A DNA stretch of 63,836 nucleotides, filler included, from Acidimicrobiia bacterium (GTDB lineage Bacteria > Actinomycetota > Acidimicrobiia > Spongiisociales > JAHEDJ01): the NCBI GenBank assembly GCA_029210695.1. It is 3 parts of 3 records of this genome, joined end to end, with 100 filler letters (N's around TTAATTAATTAA, not from the genome) between each part and the next. Parts side by side here need not be neighbours in the genome. Positions count along the whole stretch, not along the records: positions 22,824 to 44,977 come from JARGFH010000057.1; 2 more parts are not named here. The stretch is one strand, 5' to 3'. The notes under the pieces are model-generated. The model was not told where the DNA came from, did not search any database, and saw only the letters and a program-made list of their open reading frames with translations. Within the stretch, counting starts at the first letter, position 1; each line of letters opens with the position of its first letter. This document shows positions 27,220 to 35,492 of this stretch, piece by piece. The position numbers were made by a program, and so were the translations under genes.

Positions 27220-27759
27220 ATGAGTGACTGGTTATTGCATCCTGAGAATTGGGTCTTCCTGGTCGTCGGCGTGGCGGTTGCCTTCTCGGCGTTGCGGGTC
27301 GTGACGTCGCGCAACGTGGTGCACGCCGCTCTCTACCTGGTCGCCACCCTGGCGGGCACGGCGGTGCTGTTTCTGCTGCTTTCTGCCGAGTTCGTCGCCT
27401 GGGTACTGGTGCTGGTGTATATCGGAGCGGTGATCGTTCTCTTCTTGTTCGGCATCATGATCACCAGGGCGCCGATCGGGTACGACGCCACCCTCGACAA
27501 CGACCGCCGCGGCATCGCCGCAGTCGTGTCGGGTGCGCTCTTCCTGCTGATGTCGTGGGTATCGATCGACTTCTTCGGCTCGACTGCCCTCGAGGACATC
27601 GGCGTTCCGACCTCCACCGAACTGCTCGGGGAGTCGATCCTCGGCCGGTTCGTGCTGCCGTTCGAGATCGTCTCGTTCGTGCTGCTGGCCGCCCTGATCG
27701 GCGGTATCACGGTGGCCCGCAAGGACGCCACCCCGCTCGAGGCGGAGGAACGGGTATGA
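27220..27759 (+). CDS. nuoJ: NADH-quinone oxidoreductase subunit J
   Basis: NVVHAALYL, VYIGAV, LPFEIVSFVLLAALIG. Confidence 0.94.
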   Translation: MSDWLLHPENWVFLVVGVAVAFSALRVVTSRNVVHAALYLVATLAGTAVLFLLLSAEFVAWVLVLVYIGAVIVLFLFGIMITRAPIGYDATLDNDRRGIAAVVSGALFLLMSWVSIDFFGSTALEDIGVPTSTELLGESILGRFVLPFEIVSFVLLAALIGGITVARKDATPLEAEERV

Positions 27760-27787
27760 ATCGGTTCGCTGCGCTCACCGAGTGGCG

Positions 27788-27825
27788 AGAGACTCGCGAC
27801 TCGCGACTTGCGACTCGCGACACGA
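27788..27825 (+). repeat. Heptamer tandem repeat (GACTCGC)n
   Basis: gactcgcgactcgcgacttgcgactcgcgac between nuoJ and nuoK. Confidence 0.75.
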
Positions 27826-27841
27826 GCCCGGAGGGCTCGCA

Positions 27842-28147
27842 ATGACCCTCGTTCCTATTCTCATTCTGGCCGCCCTGCTGTTCTCGCTGGGGGTCTACGG
27901 CCTGCTGGCCCGCCGCAATGCCGTCCTCGTGTTGCTGGCGATTGAACTGATGCTCAACGCCGTGAACATCAACCTGATCGCCTTCGAGGCGATGATTCGC
28001 GACAGCCTGGCGACCGGCCAGGTGTTTGCCATCTTCATCATCACCGTGGCTGCCGCCGAGGTCGGCATCGGCCTGGCGATCGTGCTGCTGATCTTCCGCA
28101 ACCGGGCAACTGCCAATGTCGACGAGTTCAACCTGATGAAGTGGTGA
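27842..28147 (+). CDS. nuoK: NADH-quinone oxidoreductase subunit K
   Basis: RRNA, IELMLNAVN, AAAEVGIGLAI. Confidence 0.95.
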   Translation: MTLVPILILAALLFSLGVYGLLARRNAVLVLLAIELMLNAVNINLIAFEAMIRDSLATGQVFAIFIITVAAAEVGIGLAIVLLIFRNRATANVDEFNLMKW

Positions 28148-28148
28148 C

Positions 28149-30182
28149 ATGACGAACTTCCTGCTTGCCGCCGCAGAAGAAGAAGTCCACGAGATCGTCG
28201 CCGGGACGGGCGGCTTCTTCGGCGAGTACGCCTGGATCATGCTGGTGCTGCCGTGGATCGCGGTGCTCGGCATCATCTTCTTCGGCAAGCGGATGAAGTA
28301 CCTCGGGGCGGAGATCGCCATCGCCATGCTGGCGTTCAACACGGTCTGGTCGACGATCCTCTTCGTCCTCAATATCACCAAAGGGGTCGTCTACGAGGGC
28401 GCCGTGGTGATCGCCGAGATCGGCAGTGACCTGGTCTTGGAACTCGGCTGGGTGGTCGACGGGTTGTCGATCATGATGTACTTCGTCGTCTCGTTCGTCG
28501 GTCTCGTGATCTTCATCTACGCGGTCGGCTACATGGAGGGAGACGTCCGGGTCACCTGGTTCTTCGCCGCCTTCACGATCTTCGCCGGTTCGATGCTCGT
28601 GCTCGTCGGTGCACCGAACCTTGTGCAACTGATCATCGGCTGGGAGGGCGTCGGTCTGGCCTCCTACCTGCTCATCGGCCATTACTGGGAGAAGAAGGAG
28701 AACTCATCTGCCGGCATGAAGGCCTTCTATGCCAACAAGGTGGCCGACGTCGGGTTGATCATCGGCGCCATCATGGTCGGCGCCACACTCGGCACGTTCC
28801 GATTCAGCGAACTCTCCCGGGCGGCCGTCGAGCACGCCGACGATCTTGCCCTCGTGGCAGGCATGATTGGCGCCCTGCTGTTCTTCGGGGCGATGGGAAA
28901 GAGCGCGCAGTTCCCCTTCCACATCTGGCTGCCGGACGCCATGGCCGGCCCGACTCCCGTGTCGGCCCTCATGCACGCCGCCACCATGGTGACGGCCGGT
29001 ATATATCTCATGGCACGGACGTTCCCGCTCTATCAGAACCTCGCCGAAGACATCCGGCCGTGGATGGTGGCGATCGGGGCCATCACGCTGTTCGCAATGG
29101 GATTACTGGCACTCGTCGCAGACGACATCAAGAAGGTGCTCGCCTATTCGACCGTGTCCCAACTCGGCTACATGATGACCGCCGTCGCCGCAGGTGGATA
29201 CACCGCCGGTGTGTTCCACCTCTTCACTCACGCGTTCTTCAAAGCACTGCTCTTCCTCGGCGCCGGATCGGTCATCCACGCCGTCCACTCGAACAACATG
29301 TCCGACATGGGCGGACTGCGCAAAGTGATGCCGCGCACTTACTGGACGTTCCTGATCGGATCGCTGGCCCTGGCCGGCATCCTCCCGTTCGCCGGTTTCT
29401 GGTCGAAGGACGAGATCCTCGTCACCCTCGGCCATGAGGGGTACACCGCCGTCATGTGGATCGCCATCGCCGGAGCGTTCGTGACCGCCTTCTACATGAC
29501 CAGGGCCGTCACGCTCACGTTCTGGGGCACCTACAAGGGTCACGGACATCCCCACGAGTCGAAGCCGATCATGACCGTCCCGTTGATCACCCTCGCCGTC
29601 CCGGCCGCCATCATCGGCTTCCTCAACATCCCCGGAGTGGAGTTCGGTAGCACCGGCAACTTCACCACCTGGCTCGGTATGCGTGAGGTCGTGATGGGCG
29701 ATCACCACCCCACGGCCCCGGACTGGGGGATGGCTGCCATCGGCCTGGGTGCCGCGGCGCTCGGAATCCTCGCCGGCCTCGCTCTGTACGCAAAGGACAG
29801 GGCAACCCAACAGGAACGGGACAAGTTCGAGATTCCCGTGCTCTATCCCTTGCTGCGTCGCAAGTACTACATGGACGACGCCGCGCTCGGTTTGGTCTGG
29901 TTGATCAAGGCGCCGTTCGCCAACGCGATCAACTGGATCAATGACTACATCATCGACGGTATGGTCAACACGGTGGGGTTCGTGACCTCCGGTCTCGCCC
30001 ACCTCGTCTACGGTGGGCTCGATCAGCGCGGCATAGACCTGGGATTCAATGCTCTGGCGTATGGTTCCGGGGGTAGCGGTGAACGGCTGCGCCGCCTGCA
30101 AACGGGCCAGCTTCAGCAGTACGCGTCGGTGTTTGTCGGTGCAGCAGTGATGTTCGTAATCGGTTTCGTGCTATTCAGGTAA
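28149..30182 (+). CDS. nuoL: NADH-quinone oxidoreductase subunit L
   Basis: GKSAQFPFHIWLPDAMAGPTPVSALMHAATMV, HAFFKALLFL. Confidence 0.96.
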   Translation: MTNFLLAAAEEEVHEIVAGTGGFFGEYAWIMLVLPWIAVLGIIFFGKRMKYLGAEIAIAMLAFNTVWSTILFVLNITKGVVYEGAVVIAEIGSDLVLELGWVVDGLSIMMYFVVSFVGLVIFIYAVGYMEGDVRVTWFFAAFTIFAGSMLVLVGAPNLVQLIIGWEGVGLASYLLIGHYWEKKENSSAGMKAFYANKVADVGLIIGAIMVGATLGTFRFSELSRAAVEHADDLALVAGMIGALLFFGAMGKSAQFPFHIWLPDAMAGPTPVSALMHAATMVTAGIYLMARTFPLYQNLAEDIRPWMVAIGAITLFAMGLLALVADDIKKVLAYSTVSQLGYMMTAVAAGGYTAGVFHLFTHAFFKALLFLGAGSVIHAVHSNNMSDMGGLRKVMPRTYWTFLIGSLALAGILPFAGFWSKDEILVTLGHEGYTAVMWIAIAGAFVTAFYMTRAVTLTFWGTYKGHGHPHESKPIMTVPLITLAVPAAIIGFLNIPGVEFGSTGNFTTWLGMREVVMGDHHPTAPDWGMAAIGLGAAALGILAGLALYAKDRATQQERDKFEIPVLYPLLRRKYYMDDAALGLVWLIKAPFANAINWINDYIIDGMVNTVGFVTSGLAHLVYGGLDQRGIDLGFNALAYGSGGSGERLRRLQTGQLQQYASVFVGAAVMFVIGFVLFR

Positions 30183-30197
30183 GAGGAGGAAGAGTCA

Positions 30198-31775
30198 ATG
30201 GAGTGGTTTGACACCTGGGGCTTGAGCCTCATCGTGTTCCTCCCGCTGGTGGGGGCCCTGCTCTTGATGCTCCTCCCGCGGGAGCAAGAAGAGAGCCATA
30301 AGTGGATATCGCTGATCACGACGGCCATCGTGCTGGTTCTAAGCGTCGTGGCAGCCGCCAATTTCGACTACGGCGCCGCCAAGTCGTTCCAGTATGAGGT
30401 GAATGAGTCGTGGATCTCGGCGATCGGCGCTTACTACCACGTTGGGATCGACGGCATCAGCCTCCCGTTGCTCGTGCTGTCGGGGTTCGTGACGCTGTTG
30501 TCGGTCATCTACTCCTGGAATCACTGGGAGGAGCCGCGCAATCCGAGGGCCTTCCTGGCCCTGATGCTCGTTCTCCTGACCGGAATGAACGGGACGTTCG
30601 TGGCGCTCGATCTGGTGCTGTTCTTCATCTTCTTCGAACTCGTGCTGTTGCCGATGTACTTCATGATCGGCATCTGGGGTGACAAGTCCGAACGGGAACT
30701 CCCGGTGTTCGGCAAGACGGTGTCGGTGCGCCTCTATGCGGCGATCAAGTTCTTCCTGTTCACCCTGTTTGGCTCTGCGTTCATGCTGCTGGGTTTCCTG
30801 GCGCTCTACTTCAACTCGGCGGACTCGGTTGCCCGTCGGACGTTCGACATTCCGGCCCTCATCGCTCGAGCGCCTGAGCTGACGATGCTGCCGGTGGCCG
30901 GGTGGATCTTCGCCGGCCTATTCCTCGGCTTCGCGGTCAAGGTTCCGATGTTCCCGTTCCACACCTGGCTGCCCGACGCCCACACGGCGGCGCCGACCGT
31001 GGGTTCTGTGTTGCTGGCGGCCATCCTGCTGAAGCTCGGCGCGTACGGCTTCATCCGGATCGCAATCCCGATCTTGCCAGAGCAGGCCAAGCAGTGGGCG
31101 CCGATCATCGCGATTCTGGCGGTTATCGGGATCATCTACGGTGCGCTGGCGTGTCTTGCCCAAACCGACATGAAGCGCCTCATCGCCTTCTCCTCGGTCG
31201 GGCACATGGGCTTCGTGATGCTCGGCATCGCTACCCTCACCGACGTCGGCATCAACGCCGCCATCATCGGCATGGTTGCCCACGGCGTGATCACCGGTCT
31301 GTTGTTCTTCCTGGCCGGATCGATGAGCCATCGTTATCACACCCGCGACATGGGCCGTCTCGGCGGCAACCAGTCGCTGATGCCGATGCTGGGTGGCATC
31401 CTTGCGTTCACGGCGATGGCCTCCCTCGGTCTGCCGGGACTGGCCGGATTCTGGGGCGAATTCATGTCGCTGCTCGGCGCTTATAACCCGCTGGAAGGTC
31501 TGTCGATCGGGCTGTTCCGCACTGCCATGGTGATCGGAGCGGTCGGAACGGTACTGACCGCCGGCTATCTGCTCTGGATGCTCCAGAAGGTGAACCTCGG
31601 CGAACCGAACGCTGAGTGGGACGGGCACGAATTCCACGATGTTGACAAATTCGAGATGGCGGCCTGGGTGCCGCTCATCGTCACAATCATCGCCATCGGC
31701 GTGTATCCGAAGATCGTGTTCGGGGCGACCACCGACGCGGTGCAGGCACTCGTCCAGACTGCCTTTGGAGGCTGA
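30198..31775 (+). CDS. nuoM: NADH-quinone oxidoreductase subunit M
   Basis: VKVPMFPFHTWLPDAH, LLKLG, SSVGHMG. Confidence 0.96.
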   Translation: MEWFDTWGLSLIVFLPLVGALLLMLLPREQEESHKWISLITTAIVLVLSVVAAANFDYGAAKSFQYEVNESWISAIGAYYHVGIDGISLPLLVLSGFVTLLSVIYSWNHWEEPRNPRAFLALMLVLLTGMNGTFVALDLVLFFIFFELVLLPMYFMIGIWGDKSERELPVFGKTVSVRLYAAIKFFLFTLFGSAFMLLGFLALYFNSADSVARRTFDIPALIARAPELTMLPVAGWIFAGLFLGFAVKVPMFPFHTWLPDAHTAAPTVGSVLLAAILLKLGAYGFIRIAIPILPEQAKQWAPIIAILAVIGIIYGALACLAQTDMKRLIAFSSVGHMGFVMLGIATLTDVGINAAIIGMVAHGVITGLLFFLAGSMSHRYHTRDMGRLGGNQSLMPMLGGILAFTAMASLGLPGLAGFWGEFMSLLGAYNPLEGLSIGLFRTAMVIGAVGTVLTAGYLLWMLQKVNLGEPNAEWDGHEFHDVDKFEMAAWVPLIVTIIAIGVYPKIVFGATTDAVQALVQTAFGG

Positions 31776-31778
31776 CCG

Positions 31779-33266
31779 GTGGGCTACGACATCGACTACC
31801 TGGCGCTGGCGCCTGAGATCACCCTGGCGATAACGGCGATGGTGGTGCTCAGCCTCGACCTCGTCCTGACCAGGAAGAACAAGTACTGGACGGCGATCGC
31901 CGCGGTGCTCGGTGTCGGCTTTGCCGCGTTCCCGCTGATCACGCTGGCCGTGTCCGACGTGGGGGCTCGCTCGATGTTCGACGGCAGCTATGTGGTCGAC
32001 GACTTCGCCCTGGTGCTCAAGGGCTTGTTCGTGGCCGCCGGTTACCTGGTGTTGTTGATGTCGGTGCAATACATCGAATCCGACCGCTACTACCAGGGCG
32101 AGTATTACTTCCTCCTGCTGATGTCGATCCTCGGGTCGGTCGTGATGGCCTCGGCCCGCGATCTCATCATCCTGTTCATCGGGCTCGAACTGGTCTCCGG
32201 ACCGCTCTTCCTGCTGGCCGGTTGGCGCAAGGGGGATGCCCGGTCCAATGAGGCGTCGCTCAAGTACTTCCTGCTCGGCGTGCTGTCGGCGGCGATCATG
32301 CTCTACGGCATGTCGCTGCTCTACGGCGCCACCGGTGAGGTGACCTTCGACGGGATCCGGGAGGCGTCGGCCGGGTTGGTGGGCGAACCGCTGTTCATCG
32401 TGGCGGTGCTGTTCGTGGTGATCGGCTTCGCGTTCAAGGTCTCGGCCGTGCCGTTTCACTTCTGGGCGCCGGACACCTATGAGGGTGCTCCTACGCCCAT
32501 CACCGCCTATCTCTCGGTGTCCTCGAAGGCGGCCGGATTCGTCGGTCTGCTGATCATCACGTACCGGGCGCTGCCCGAAGCTTCGGCGGTGTGGGGTCCG
32601 GCGCTCTGGATCATGGCCGTCCTCTCGATGACGGTCGCCAACCTCACTGCGCTGCGGCAGCAGAACATCGTCCGGCTGCTCGCATATTCTTCGATTGCCC
32701 AGGCCGGGTTCATGCTCGTTCCCTTCGCGGTGGCCGGCGTATCGAACGACCCGGACGCGTTGGAGGCTGCGTTCGCGGCAACGATCACCTATCTGATCAT
32801 CTACGCCTTCATGAATCTCGGTGCGTTTGCCGTCGTCATCGCCGGGGCGCGCCGCACCCGCACAGGTGACATCGATGGTTGGGCCGGGTTCGGACGGTAC
32901 TCACCCGGATTGGGGTTCCTGGCGGCCGTGTTCTTCTTCTCACTGGCCGGGATCCCGCCCCTGGCCGGTTGGTACGCCAAGTTCGTCATGTTCAGTTCGG
33001 CCCTCGGTGGAGGGAGCGTGTGGACCGGTCTCCTGGCGGCGATCGCCGCTGTGAACGCAGTTATCGCCTTCTACTACTACGCACGGGTCGTCAAGACCAT
33101 CTGGATGGACGAGGCACCCGAAATGATTGAGATCGACGATCAGCCGGTCATCGGGTCGCTGCGCCTGGCGCTGGCCCTCTCGGCCGCGGTGGTCTTCGTA
33201 GCCGGGTTCTTCCCGGACATCATCAACTTCTTCAGTCAGACCACCAAACTGCTGGCGGCGGGTTAG
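31779..33266 (+). CDS. nuoN: NADH-quinone oxidoreductase subunit N
   Basis: EASLKYF, FKVSAVPFHFWAPDTYEGAP, SLAGIPPLAG. Confidence 0.96.
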   Translation: MGYDIDYLALAPEITLAITAMVVLSLDLVLTRKNKYWTAIAAVLGVGFAAFPLITLAVSDVGARSMFDGSYVVDDFALVLKGLFVAAGYLVLLMSVQYIESDRYYQGEYYFLLLMSILGSVVMASARDLIILFIGLELVSGPLFLLAGWRKGDARSNEASLKYFLLGVLSAAIMLYGMSLLYGATGEVTFDGIREASAGLVGEPLFIVAVLFVVIGFAFKVSAVPFHFWAPDTYEGAPTPITAYLSVSSKAAGFVGLLIITYRALPEASAVWGPALWIMAVLSMTVANLTALRQQNIVRLLAYSSIAQAGFMLVPFAVAGVSNDPDALEAAFAATITYLIIYAFMNLGAFAVVIAGARRTRTGDIDGWAGFGRYSPGLGFLAAVFFFSLAGIPPLAGWYAKFVMFSSALGGGSVWTGLLAAIAAVNAVIAFYYYARVVKTIWMDEAPEMIEIDDQPVIGSLRLALALSAAVVFVAGFFPDIINFFSQTTKLLAAG

Positions 33267-33330
33267 GGTTCCCTTTGGCGCCGGCTCATGAGGCCTAGGC
33301 TGGTCTCAGCTTCTCACTCGAGGTCCTGAC

Positions 33331-33705
33331 ATGGCTGGAGCTTTGACCATTCTCCTTGCTGAAGACAACCTGGTTATTCAGCGAATGATGTCCGTCACGC
33401 TGGCCAGGCAGGGCTATACCGTTGAGACCGCGAATAACGGACACGAGGCGGTGGCTGCGGTGCAGTTTGGATCATTCGACCTCATCCTGATGGATCTCCG
33501 GATGCCGGTCATGGATGGATTCGAGGCGACGCAAGAGATTCGCCGCCTGGGCATCACCCAACCTCCGATACTGGCGCTGAGCGGCGACGATGATGCGGCA
33601 ACGGTCCAGTCCTGCCTCGACGCCGGCATGAACGGCCACGTGACGAAACCAATCGTCATGAGAGACCTGGTAGCAGCCATCGACCGCGCCACCGGCCCCG
33701 CCTAA
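33331..33705 (+). CDS. Stand-alone response regulator receiver domain
   Basis: ILLAEDN, LMDLRMPVMDG, TKP. Confidence 0.92.
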   Translation: MAGALTILLAEDNLVIQRMMSVTLARQGYTVETANNGHEAVAAVQFGSFDLILMDLRMPVMDGFEATQEIRRLGITQPPILALSGDDDAATVQSCLDAGMNGHVTKPIVMRDLVAAIDRATGPA

Positions 33706-33707
33706 CT

Positions 33708-34158
33708 CGGTCCCCCCGGAGGGGAGAAGGTCCCTGCGCCGGAGCGCAGCGAAGGCGTAGGTAGGGGGGCTCTCGGTCCCCCCTTTGGGGGGAAAGTACC
33801 GCTCGCCGACAGGCGAGGGGTAGGGGGCTCCACCTCGAGTCGAGGGTCGCGGGTTGGTCCCCTGCAGGGGGGAAGGTCCCTGCGCCGGAGCGTAGCGGAG
33901 GTGGAGGTAGGGGGGCTCTCGGTCCCCCCTTTGGGGGGAAAGTACCGCTCGCCGACAGGCGAGGGGTAGGGGGCTCCACCTCGNNNNNNNNNNNNNNNNN
34001 NNNNNNNNNNNNNNNNNNNNNNNNNNNNNNNNNNNNNNNNNNNNNNNNNNNNNNNNNNNNNNNNNNNNNNNNNNNNNNNNAGTCGAGGGTCGCGGGTTGG
34101 TCCCCTGCAGGGGGGAAGGTCCCTGCGCCGGAGCGTAGCGGAGGTGGAGGTAGGGGGG
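33708..34158 (+). repeat. REP/BIME-like array of alternating ~60-bp hairpin units (146-bp period), broken by a scaffold gap
   Basis: Units GGTCCCC-loop-GGGGG-AA(G/A)GT...hairpin...GGTAGGGGG; the sequence after the gap resumes in repeat register. Confidence 0.88.
33984..34080. other. Scaffold gap inside the tandem repeat
   Basis: Run of 97 N. Confidence 0.95.
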
Positions 34159-34209
34159 TTCCTCAACAAGGGTCTTCCAAGCGCACGTGTTCTCGCTCAT
34201 GATCAGCAC

Positions 34210-34572
34210 ATGCATCGGGAGCAAGCCACCCGACTCGCCAAGGAACGAGCGCGAGAACTGCGGGATGACCTCACGGTGTCTGAGAAGACGCTGTGGGCAG
34301 CGCTCCGCAGGCGGCAACTCGGGCATCGATTCCGCCGCCAGGAACCGATCGGACCGTTCATCGTGGATTTCGTGTGTCTGCTGCGGCGTCTCGTTGTGGA
34401 GGTGGATGGCCCGCACCATGACTGGGACGAACGCGATGGGCCCCGTGACGAGTATTTGCGCGTACGAGGATTCCGGGTGCTCCGATTCACGAACCGAGAA
34501 GTAACCACGGAACTCGACGACGTGCTCGGCGCGATTCGCAACTACCTCGAAGACCTCGACCTGACCGAGTAG
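34210..34572 (+). CDS. DUF559 (Vsr-like/YcjD) endonuclease-domain protein
   Basis: ARELR...T.SE..LW..LR, FRRQEPIGPFIVDFVC, VEVDG..H, RD..L...GFRVLRFTN. Confidence 0.9.
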   Translation: MHREQATRLAKERARELRDDLTVSEKTLWAALRRRQLGHRFRRQEPIGPFIVDFVCLLRRLVVEVDGPHHDWDERDGPRDEYLRVRGFRVLRFTNREVTTELDDVLGAIRNYLEDLDLTE

Positions 34573-34577
34573 CAGTG

Positions 34578-34833
34578 TCGGTCCCCCCGGAGGGGGGAAG
34601 GTCCCTGCGCCGGCGCGGAGCGGAGGCGTAGGTAGGGGGGCTCTGGGGGAAGACCGGTTTCGGGTAGCCCCCCTCCCCCCGGATCCTGCGGATCCGGCGT
34701 ACTCCCCCCTATGGGGGAGCGAATGCACGGGTCGGTCCCTTCGGTGGGGAGTAGGAAGCGGAGGTAGGGGGGCTGGTCGGTCCCCCCTTTGGGGGGAAAG
34801 TACCGCTCGCCGACAGGCGAGGGGTAGGGGGGC
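34578..34833. repeat. REP-like cluster on the right flank of the DUF559 gene
   Basis: Same units as 33708-34158, including one inverted copy near 34667-34720. Confidence 0.85.
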
Positions 34834-34916
34834 TCTTGGCGCGGAGCTATTGACCTTCCTTATGTTCCGCGGCACGGCGCCGACTGGTTCACACGAACCG
34901 ACTCGATGAGGTCCAA

Positions 34917-35333
34917 ATGGAAGCCGATCCGAATGATGCGTCCGTTGACGGCAACGGCGCGGGAGCGCGTCCGGTGGACACCCTTCAGTACGCAACGTTC
35001 GAGGCAATGGGGGCGGCGCTCGAGGTTGACGACCTCGAATTGATGGCGTCACTCGTTCAGATGTTCCTCGTGGATCTGGCCGACGGAAGGCGAGTCATCG
35101 TCTCGGCAACCCGCATCAACGATGCCGACGCAGTGCAAGCGGCCGCCCACAAGCTGAAGTCGTCGGCCCGGATGCTCGGCGCGCCCGCACTCGGCGACCT
35201 GGCAGAAGAGATCGAAGCGATTGCCAGGAATGGGTTCACGCCGGACGTGGATCTCCTGGCGCGGTTCGGAGCCGAATGTGGCCGGGCTACGGAGGGCATG
35301 ACCCTGATGAAGCCCTTCGAGGTGGCGAGCTAA
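34917..35333 (+). CDS. Hpt (histidine phosphotransfer) domain protein
   Basis: AHKLKSSARMLGA motif. Confidence 0.88.
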   Translation: MEADPNDASVDGNGAGARPVDTLQYATFEAMGAALEVDDLELMASLVQMFLVDLADGRRVIVSATRINDADAVQAAAHKLKSSARMLGAPALGDLAEEIEAIARNGFTPDVDLLARFGAECGRATEGMTLMKPFEVAS

Positions 35334-35492
35334 CCGTCCTGGCCGGACCGCACTGCAGCTCCTTCGCCTAGTCTGGCGGTGATGACTAGTGACACCTCTT
35401 CCAGCCGCCATTCTCGCACCGGCCCGCGCACCGGGTCGCAGAGTTCCCGCCTTCTGACCGCCCGCCCGGTGGATTCGTCGATAATGCCCTCT

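Noticed and set aside
33472..35052. 526-aa minus-strand ORF with repeated peptides
   Set aside because: Translation through REP-like repeats and an N gap, antisense to real genes
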